A stretch of DNA of 64,000 nt, taken from contig JBOEGF010000018.1 of NCBI GenBank assembly GCA_050633305.1, forward strand, positions 128,001 to 192,000, written 5' to 3'. Origin of the DNA: Nannocystales bacterium (GTDB lineage: Bacteria; Myxococcota_A; Polyangia; Nannocystales; Nannocystaceae). Of the stretch, positions 1-6,263 are shown in pieces. The notes under the pieces are model-generated. The model worked only from the letters and a program-made list of their open reading frames with translations. It did no database searches and was not told the origin of the DNA. Both the position numbers and the translations under genes were made by a program. How positions within the stretch are numbered: position 1 is the stretch's first letter; the number at the start of each line of letters is the position of its first letter.

Positions 1-151
1 CACACGCCCAATCGCCAGAGCCTTACACGCAACTCAAACTGTTGGTTCGAATCCAGCCGGGGCCACTTCGGGCCCTGTAGCCAAATGGTAAAGGCACCGC
101 CCTCTTAAGGCGGCGATACAATCGCCCACGGCTCCGCCACTCGGGCGTGTG
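1..151 (+). ncRNA. YrlA/Y-RNA-like permuted tRNA mimic, unit 1 (intact Lys-CTT-like anticodon arm); may start before the window edge
   Basis: Outer stem CACACGCCC(1-9)/GGGCGTGTG(143-151); inner GAGCC/GGCTC; TACACGCAA 24-32; T arm GTTGG-TTCGAAT-CCAGC 41-57; acceptor CGGGGCC/GGCCCTG closed by ACTTCG; D arm TA-GCC-AAATGGTAAA-GGC-A; anticodon arm CCGCC-CTCTTAA-GGCGG 97-113. Confidence 0.85.
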
Positions 152-168
152 AACCCTCTTCGCTGTGT

Positions 169-241
169 GGAACAGCTGCGGGTTGTAGAGCGACCTCGCC
201 TTCGCTCCAGCCCGCGGCTGGGCCAGCTTTCGTTGGCCCCC
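169..241. repeat. Spacer double-hairpin repeat, copy 1 (REP-like or separate structured RNA)
   Basis: CAGCTGCGGGTTG..GAGCGA-loop-TCGCTC-CAGCCCGCGGCTG followed by GGCCA..TGGCC; near-identical to 559-631. Confidence 0.8.
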
Positions 242-253
242 GCAGCACCGACT

Positions 254-394
254 TTGACCACCCAACCGCACGAGCCCTACACGCAACTTTCCAGGTGTCG
301 CCGGTTCGAATCCGGCCCTCCGCTTCGGCGGACGTAGCTCAGCTGGCAGAGCATTGGACTGAACCTTGCGGCTCGTTCACTCGGGTGGACTCAA
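254..394 (+). ncRNA. YrlA/Y-RNA-like permuted tRNA mimic, unit 2 (Phe-GAA-like, opened in the anticodon loop)
   Basis: Outer stem CCACCC/GGGTGG; TACACGCAA 278-286; TCCAG-GTGTC-GCCGG-TTCGAAT-CCGGC 290-316; acceptor CCTCCGC-TTCG-GCGGACG; D arm GCTC-AGCTGGCA-GAGC; TTGGA-CT-GAA 354-363, with TTGGA pairing back to TCCAG. Confidence 0.85.
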
Positions 395-397
395 CCT

Positions 398-547
398 TTT
401 CTCCGTGCCCAATCACCGAAGCCCTACACGCAACGTTTCGCGGGTTCGAATCCCGCCGATCCCTCACGGGGGTTGTAGCCAAGTGGATAAGGCATCAGTT
501 TTGGGAACTGACTCACTCTCGAGGCTTCGGGCCTCGGGCACGGGAAA
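398..547 (+). ncRNA. YrlA/Y-RNA-like permuted tRNA mimic, unit 3 (intact Pro-TGG-like anticodon arm)
   Basis: Outer stem CCGTGCCC/GGGCACGG; GAAGCC/GGCTTC; TACACGCAA 425-433; T arm GCGGG-TTCGAAT-CCCGC 440-456; acceptor CGATCCC/GGGGTTG; D arm GCC-AAGTGGATAA-GGC; TCAGT-TTTGGGA-ACTGA 495-511. Confidence 0.85.
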
Positions 548-558
548 CACTCTCCATC

Positions 559-631
559 GGAACAGCCGCGGGCTGTGGAGCGACCTCGCCTTCGCTCCAG
601 CCCGCGGCTGGGCCACCTCTCGTTGGCCCCC
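559..631. repeat. Spacer double-hairpin repeat, copy 2
   Basis: GGAACAGCCGCGGGCTGTGGAGCGACCTCGCCTTCGCTCCAGCCCGCGGCTGGGCCACCTCTCGTTGGCCCCC; matches 169-241. Confidence 0.8.
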
Positions 632-642
632 TCCAGATTCTC

Positions 643-770
643 GTCATCCATCCGCACGAGCCCTACACGCAAGCCATCCAAAGGACGCCGGTTCGAATCC
701 GGCCGACGTTGTCGTAGCTCAGCTGGATAGAGCATTGGACTCCATCTTGTGGCTTGCACACTCGGGTGAC
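643..770 (+). ncRNA. YrlA/Y-RNA-like permuted tRNA mimic, unit 4 (Trp-CCA-like, opened in the anticodon loop, short acceptor stem)
   Basis: Outer stem GTCATCC/GGGTGAC; TACACGCAA 664-672; TCCAA-AGGAC-GCCGG-TTCGAAT-CCGGC 677-703; 4-bp acceptor CGAC-GTT-GTCG; D arm GCTC-AGCTGGATA-GAGC; TTGGA-CT-CCA 735-744. Confidence 0.8.
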
Positions 771-825
771 ACCACTTTTTCTCTTCATCCTCGATAGACT
801 CTCAACCGTATTCGGAGCCAAGACG

Positions 826-2571
826 ATGACCAACGCAACCCTTCCGCAAGAACAGCGCGGTCCGGCCGAGCGCCTGCTCGACCTGGTCCTCAACGCATCG
901 GCGCACCTGTGGCACAACCGCCCGGGCATCAACGTCGGTGGCAAGTGGGTCCCGGCGAAGGGACATCGCGGCGCCGGAGAGAAGGTCGCGCCGGGTCTGT
1001 TCGTGCCTGCGGCCGAGAACCTCTACGGTCGCCTGCTCGACATCTACGGCCTCAACAACGACCTGATGGCTCACTTCGCCAGCTACGCGCTGACGAAGAC
1101 GGACTGGCGTGACCTCAAGGTCGCCTCGGCTGCGCTCATGCTGGTCCAGCCCCGAAGCGGTCAACCGGTCGCGGACGACGATGGTTCGGTTGCGTTCTAC
1201 GATGACGACCTGCGCCTCATCGGTGAAGCCATGGTGCTGCACTACGAGCGCAAGTCGGCGCGGATGATGACGCCCAAGGCGGTGCTCCGCGTGGCCGAAC
1301 TGCTGGAGACGCCGGAGATCGCCGAACTCAACCGCACGGCGGGGTTCGTCGACGCCACGTCCCGCAAGCCTGCGCTGGGGCGATGGTCGAAGGTCGCAGC
1401 CAAGTGGCTGGCGTACCGGGAGGCCAACCCCGCAATGCTCGAAGGCCTGGTCAAGGCCGGCTACAAGGAGACGATCAAGAAGATCGCCCGCAAGGTCGGC
1501 TACAAGCCGCAGTCCGAACGCTTCTTCGCCGTCCTGGGATGGAAGCAGAAGCAGGCCGAAGACGGTCACCGTGAGCTCGGCCTCGATGGGCTGCAGCTGC
1601 ACAAGTCCGAGCGGTTCGATGGCCTCAGCGAGGCCGAGATCTGCGAAAGCATCGTCACCCACCGCCTCACGTACAAGGAGGCGATGGGGCGTCTACCGGC
1701 CGACATCGGCCTCACGCCTGCCATCATGGTCGCACTCCTGCCGACGCTGTCGGACCGCGACCTGCGTCAGCTGACGCCCACGCTCGAAGAGCTGGGGCTG
1801 ATGACGGATCCCGATATTCGCGCCGCATGGGAAAAGGCGATCGAGAGCGCCACCGACCAGCGGGGCCTCAACATCGCGAAGAACGTGCAGAGCAAGGACC
1901 TCCAGCAGCGGCTGGAAGCCTCGGCCGACGCCGCGGCCCGCAACGCCGTGAAGGAGGCCACGGGAGAACAGGACATCCACGTGATGTTCCTGATCGACCG
2001 CTCGGGATCGATGCAGGGTGCACTCGAGAAGTCTGTGGAAGCGCTGTCGCGCATCCTTGCGGGTTTCCCGAAGGACAAGCTGCACATCGCGTCGTTCGAC
2101 ACGATGGGGCTGGTCCACGTGCCCAAGGCGCCAAGTCGAGTGGCCGTCGCGCACATGCTCTCGGGCGTGAGCGCAGGTGGGGGAACCATGCACATGGCCG
2201 CCGTGCACGCGCTGTCGAGCGCGGGCGTGGCGGTACCCAAGGACGCCAAGCTCATCGTCTTCGTCGTCGGTGACGAAGCTGGCGAGCAAGGGGCCCGGTT
2301 CGCGCAATGCTTCGCGGACGAGGGCTACCGGGTCGACGCCATGGCGCTGATCCTCAACGTGGCCTATGGCCGCGGTCGCACGGTCACCGACTGTGCGCGG
2401 GCGCTGGGGGTGCCATTCTCGGTCGTGGACATCGAGCAGTTCGATGACCCGTACCAGGTGCCCCGCGTGTTGCAGACGGTGCTCGAGGCACCGCCCCCGT
2501 CTTCGGACGGTGTGGTCAAGCAGACCGCTTGGGTGGAGAAGGTCATGAGCACTCCGCTTCTGCAGCCGTAG
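826..2571 (+). CDS. TROVE/Ro60(Rsr)-like protein: helical N-terminal region plus C-terminal vWA domain
   Basis: 581 aa; GGAG RBS at 814-817; vWA MIDAS motifs FLIDRSGSM, GGGT, VVGDE; basic helical N-terminal part (KKIARKVGYKP); directly downstream of Y-RNA-like units. vWA is well supported; TROVE is inferred from size, architecture and context. Confidence 0.75.
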   Translation: MTNATLPQEQRGPAERLLDLVLNASAHLWHNRPGINVGGKWVPAKGHRGAGEKVAPGLFVPAAENLYGRLLDIYGLNNDLMAHFASYALTKTDWRDLKVASAALMLVQPRSGQPVADDDGSVAFYDDDLRLIGEAMVLHYERKSARMMTPKAVLRVAELLETPEIAELNRTAGFVDATSRKPALGRWSKVAAKWLAYREANPAMLEGLVKAGYKETIKKIARKVGYKPQSERFFAVLGWKQKQAEDGHRELGLDGLQLHKSERFDGLSEAEICESIVTHRLTYKEAMGRLPADIGLTPAIMVALLPTLSDRDLRQLTPTLEELGLMTDPDIRAAWEKAIESATDQRGLNIAKNVQSKDLQQRLEASADAAARNAVKEATGEQDIHVMFLIDRSGSMQGALEKSVEALSRILAGFPKDKLHIASFDTMGLVHVPKAPSRVAVAHMLSGVSAGGGTMHMAAVHALSSAGVAVPKDAKLIVFVVGDEAGEQGARFAQCFADEGYRVDAMALILNVAYGRGRTVTDCARALGVPFSVVDIEQFDDPYQVPRVLQTVLEAPPPSSDGVVKQTAWVEKVMSTPLLQP

Positions 2572-2576
2572 GGCCG

Positions 2577-3488
2577 ATGGACTACCGCAAGTTCCTCGGT
2601 GCCCAAGCCACGAAGGTGCTGCCGTACTTCGGCGGCCCCTTCGTCCATGCCCCCGATCGGCGGCTCCGCGTAACGCAACGCGTCGCCGCCGGTTGGTGGG
2701 ATTTCGAGATCAAGGGGCGCAACGCCACCGCTACGGCGCAGGCCGAGCCCCCCTCGTTGCATCGCTGCAAGAGCCTCCGCGGACACATCGTCGGCGATTG
2801 GTTGTTTGTGGGAGGCGAGAGGACTCGGCGCATCCTGCTGATGCCCGAGGACGAACCCCCGGTATTGTCACCGGTCACGGCACGTCTGTGGCATGGCGAT
2901 GCTCCGATCTTCGACGTCCTCGAGTTCGAAGGGGACGTTGAGGAGGCCGCACGAGACGCATTGCTCGAGGGAATCGCGATCGCCGACCTCGCGGGCGCGA
3001 CGCCCGGTCTTCGACGCGCGTTTGGCTTTGCTCGTCTCCAGCGTGAGGCGCAGGGCCGAGGGCTTCATGTCTCGGCGCGTGAGGTGGGGGCAGTCCTGCA
3101 CGAGGTTGCCGATGGCACCCGAGTGCCGGCCACGGTCTTGGACATGCTCGAGGCCCGGGTCTACACGCTCGACCCAAGCTCGGCTCATCGAGAGCGGAGC
3201 CCGACTCGAGGTGGAACGATGGAAGATGCACCGCAACGAGCCGCGTCTGCGCTCGAAGGGGCAGGGGCCACCCTGCTCGACACGCGTTTTGCGGGTGAGC
3301 AGACCATGGAGGTGATCTTTCGCTATCTCGGCGAGCGCTTCGTCGCGACCGTCGACTGGGAGACGCTCCACGTTTACGACTCGGGCATTTGCCTGGACGG
3401 TGCCGACGAGGAACTTGGTCTCCATGCGCTTCCCTCCGTCATCTCCGAAGCCATCGATGGCGATCTCCTCTACATCACGCGGCGGTGA
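2577..3488 (+). CDS. Hypothetical protein with candidate E2/UBC-like C-terminal domain
   Basis: 303 aa, 5 nt after the upstream stop; C-terminal HVYDSGICL resembles the E2 HPN..G.ICL active-site segment; lies in a JAB-Ubl-E1 operon. Confidence 0.5.
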   Translation: MDYRKFLGAQATKVLPYFGGPFVHAPDRRLRVTQRVAAGWWDFEIKGRNATATAQAEPPSLHRCKSLRGHIVGDWLFVGGERTRRILLMPEDEPPVLSPVTARLWHGDAPIFDVLEFEGDVEEAARDALLEGIAIADLAGATPGLRRAFGFARLQREAQGRGLHVSAREVGAVLHEVADGTRVPATVLDMLEARVYTLDPSSAHRERSPTRGGTMEDAPQRAASALEGAGATLLDTRFAGEQTMEVIFRYLGERFVATVDWETLHVYDSGICLDGADEELGLHALPSVISEAIDGDLLYITRR

Positions 3489-3545
3489 GCCGCTGCGGGG
3501 GACCTCTTGGCTCGCTCGCCCCCGCCTTCATCCAAGGGCTCTGTC

Positions 3546-3917
3546 ATGCTGCGCGAAGTTTGTTTCTTCATCGGTGCGTCCGATGCCGTGCTGTGGAGCG
3601 ACGCTTCGCAGAGTCCGACGGCGCTGCCCGATTCTCGGGCCCGTTGGGATGCCATCTGGTCCCGCCGGGCCCGCATCGTCGAGATCGTCCACACGCACCC
3701 GTTGGGAGGCGCGAAGTTCTCTCTCGAAGACGAGACGACGATGGCGGCGTTGGACACGGCGCTTGGCCGCCGCCTCCAGTACGCGGTCGTCACACCCACG
3801 AACATGCTCCGCCGAATTCCCGGCGAAGACCCTGAACAACCCGACGAGCACATCGTCGAAGCCGAGCCCTGGTGGACCTCCTTGATCCGGTCTGCCTCGG
3901 GCCTGACCTCTCCATGA
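3546..3917 (+). CDS. JAB/JAMM (MPN+) metalloprotease
   Basis: 123 aa; N-terminal E (LREVC) plus HTHP-x6-SLED JAMM motif. Confidence 0.9.
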   Translation: MLREVCFFIGASDAVLWSDASQSPTALPDSRARWDAIWSRRARIVEIVHTHPLGGAKFSLEDETTMAALDTALGRRLQYAVVTPTNMLRRIPGEDPEQPDEHIVEAEPWWTSLIRSASGLTSP

Positions 3918-3931
3918 AAGGAGACTGAACC

Positions 3932-4174
3932 ATGGCCATTCTCAACATCACCTACAACGGTCTCTCGGTCGACTACAAGGCGACCGTCGCGGACAACATG
4001 CGTGACGGAGATATCCGCCGCACCGCGATCGAGCTCATCCGCAGCGGTCAACTCCGTGGCCTCCACATCGCGCACCTTCCCGAAGACGCGTTTCGTGACT
4101 ACGTGGTCGATCGCCTGCCTACCGCCGGTGGTGCTCGGATCTACCTGCGTCCCAAGGTGCCGTTCGGCAGCTGA
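3932..4174 (+). CDS. Ubiquitin-like (beta-grasp) small protein
   Basis: 80 aa, AAAGGAG RBS; beta-beta-alpha-beta-beta pattern (ILNITY/SVDYK/helix/YVVDR/RIYLRPK); ends PFG-S; between JAB and E1 genes. Confidence 0.7.
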   Translation: MAILNITYNGLSVDYKATVADNMRDGDIRRTAIELIRSGQLRGLHIAHLPEDAFRDYVVDRLPTAGGARIYLRPKVPFGS

Positions 4175-4183
4175 GGTGCTTCC

Positions 4184-4756
4184 ATGCGCGTCGTGATCTG
4201 CGGAGTGGGAGCCCTGGGGTCGGCGGTCGCCGTGGCGTGTCGAAATCTCGATGTGTCGCTGCGGCTGGTCGACTTCGATCGCGTGGAGTCGAAGAACCTG
4301 CTGTCTCAGGCCTTCGTCAAACAATCGGTTGGCAAGAACAAGGCCCAGGCGCTGAAGATGCAGCTGCAGAACTTCTACGGCGTGAAGGTCGAAGCCAAAG
4401 GGGTTCGGCTGGCGGCCGGCAACGTGTCGGAACTCCTTGGAGGGGCTGGCCTGGTGTTGGACTGCTTCGACAACGCGGCGAGCCGGCAGCTGATCTGTGA
4501 GTACGTCCGGGAGAGCGACATCCCGTGTCTGCATGGGGCGCTCTCCGCGGACGGGACGTACGGGATGGTTCGCTGGGACGAAGCGTTTGCTCCCGACGCC
4601 GAAGACGCGGCGGGACAGGCGACGTGCGAAAACGGCGACCACCTGCCGTTCATCAGCATGGTCTCCGCCGTTCTCGCCCGAACAGCCTCGGAGTTCGTCC
4701 AGGACGGATCTCGGCTCAATGCCATGGTCAGTCTCTCGGGCGTTCAAAGATCGTGA
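4184..4756 (+). CDS. ThiF/MoeB/E1-family adenylyltransferase
   Basis: GVGALGS nucleotide-binding loop, DFDRVESKNLLSQ, GKNKA, DCFDN; Cys in QATCE. Confidence 0.92.
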   Translation: MRVVICGVGALGSAVAVACRNLDVSLRLVDFDRVESKNLLSQAFVKQSVGKNKAQALKMQLQNFYGVKVEAKGVRLAAGNVSELLGGAGLVLDCFDNAASRQLICEYVRESDIPCLHGALSADGTYGMVRWDEAFAPDAEDAAGQATCENGDHLPFISMVSAVLARTASEFVQDGSRLNAMVSLSGVQRS

Positions 4757-4766
4757 AAAAAAGATC

Positions 4767-4794
4767 AGCCCCGCGGCGCATGCGTCGCGGGGCT
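4767..4794. terminator. GC-rich hairpin closing the Ro-Ubl operon
   Basis: AGCCCCGCGGCGC-AT-GCGTCGCGGGGCT just after the E1 stop, preceded by an A-run. Confidence 0.55.
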
Positions 4795-4829
4795 TGTGCG
4801 TGGCGTCTTCCAGCGGTCACCATGCAGGT

Positions 4830-6251
4830 GTGACGGGTTCGCGTTTGGCTTTGGGACTTTTGGTCGTTTCTGTTTCGGGATGCAGTGAGCGGCTGATCAT
4901 CGACCAATCCGGACTGGTCATCGACACCGACGACGGCTTTGACTCGGACTTCGCGACAGACTCGGGGCCTTCCTCGGACGCCGAGGACAGCGCGGAGTCC
5001 AGCGGCGGGGGGCCTGTGTCCACGTCAGGCTGCGTCCTCGGAGAGCCCGAGTGTCCATGCCCGGCCGGTCAGGTTCCGAGCGGTGGCGGATGCGTTGAAG
5101 CGACGGTCGACGCCATGGCGGCAGTCTCCCCGGTGGACCAGTCTGCGCTCGCGGGAGACTTCATCGAGCTTCCGCCCGCGGTGCGTGTGACGGCCGGGGG
5201 TGCACCGGTCACGGGCACCCCCGTCACGTTTACAACAGCCGGGCTCGCCGGTGGCGTACTCGGAGAGGCGCAGGCGGTCACCGATGCCGACGGAGTCGCC
5301 ACCGCGGAGAGCTGGCAGCTTGGAAAGCTCGATGGAAACTATTTCGTCCGAGCTTCCGTCGGCGGGGGAGCGCTGCCGCCCATCGACTTCACCGGTCGCA
5401 CGATCTCGGACTTCGACATCGTCCTTCACTACGTCAACCCACCGTCCGACAGTCAGGAGGCCGCGTTTGAGACGGCTCGGCTTCGCTGGCAGGGCGCGCT
5501 CATCAACGCGCTTCCCGCGATTCAAGGGTCCTTGTCCGGGCTTGCCCAGGAGTGCGGCATTCCGTTCGACGGCGGTAACGTGTCGGTCACGGGTGTGCAC
5601 ATCTTCGTGCAGCTTCAGGAGATCGACGGGCCGGGGGGGGAGAATGGAAACATTCTGGGGCAAGCGGGTCCGTGCTCCCTTCGCGACGATGGTTCGCCGT
5701 ACCTGGGGGTGATGACGTTCGACACCTTCGACTTGGCTGTCTTGGAGGACACCGGCTCGTTGGAGAGCGTGATCCTCCACGAGATGGGGCATGTGCTGGG
5801 GGTGGGCTCGCTGTGGCGATTCTCGGGCCTGCTCGAGGACCCCAGCATCCCGAACAATGCCGGAGCCGACACCCACTTCCTTGGGTCCCGGGCGACCGAA
5901 GTGTTCCTGGAGTTGCTCGGCGGCCAGCCGTTCGCAGGTGCCGTGGTCCCCGTGGAGAACAACGCGCAACAAGGGTCGTCCGACAGCCACTGGCGCGAGA
6001 CGGTCATGGATGACGAACTGATGAGCCCCAGCCTCGGAGGGTTTGGCACGGCGGCCCCGCTGAGCATCCTGACCATCGGTTCGATGGGAGACTTGGGCTT
6101 CTACGTGCCCAATGAGCTCGCTGCTGATGCGTGGTCCCTTCCGCCTCAGGCTCTGGTCGTGCCCACGGACAAGCAGGAAGCATCCGCGACGGACAAAGTG
6201 CTGAGTCCCCGGTGGATCCGCACTTCAGACGGAACCCTGAGCGCCTTGTAG
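4830..6251 (+). CDS. Lipoprotein with Ig-like domain and leishmanolysin(M8)-like zinc metallopeptidase
   Basis: Lipobox VSGC; PVTGTPVTFT..TDADGVA Ig-like signature; HEMGHVLG, SHWRE, DELMS; GTG start is an estimate. Confidence 0.8.
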   Translation: MTGSRLALGLLVVSVSGCSERLIIDQSGLVIDTDDGFDSDFATDSGPSSDAEDSAESSGGGPVSTSGCVLGEPECPCPAGQVPSGGGCVEATVDAMAAVSPVDQSALAGDFIELPPAVRVTAGGAPVTGTPVTFTTAGLAGGVLGEAQAVTDADGVATAESWQLGKLDGNYFVRASVGGGALPPIDFTGRTISDFDIVLHYVNPPSDSQEAAFETARLRWQGALINALPAIQGSLSGLAQECGIPFDGGNVSVTGVHIFVQLQEIDGPGGENGNILGQAGPCSLRDDGSPYLGVMTFDTFDLAVLEDTGSLESVILHEMGHVLGVGSLWRFSGLLEDPSIPNNAGADTHFLGSRATEVFLELLGGQPFAGAVVPVENNAQQGSSDSHWRETVMDDELMSPSLGGFGTAAPLSILTIGSMGDLGFYVPNELAADAWSLPPQALVVPTDKQEASATDKVLSPRWIRTSDGTLSAL

Positions 6252-6263
6252 CCGTCTACGCGC

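Noticed and set aside
1..770. Cluster of ordinary tRNA genes
   Set aside because: T arms precede D arms, acceptor strands pair within a unit through a loop, there is no CCA end, and the 5' half of one unit does not pair with the 3' half of the next.
1..770. CRISPR array
   Set aside because: Repeats are short motifs inside structured tRNA-like units with irregular spacing; no cas genes are present.
23..944. Short ORFs over the RNA array and the 754 start of the vWA gene
   Set aside because: They translate RNA motifs (GFES, VRIR); the ATG at 826 has a GGAG RBS and avoids overlap with unit 4.
3932..4756. ThiS/ThiF or MoaD/MoeB cofactor-biosynthesis pair
   Set aside because: No GG terminus, no zinc motifs and no thi/moa/cys genes nearby; not formally excluded.
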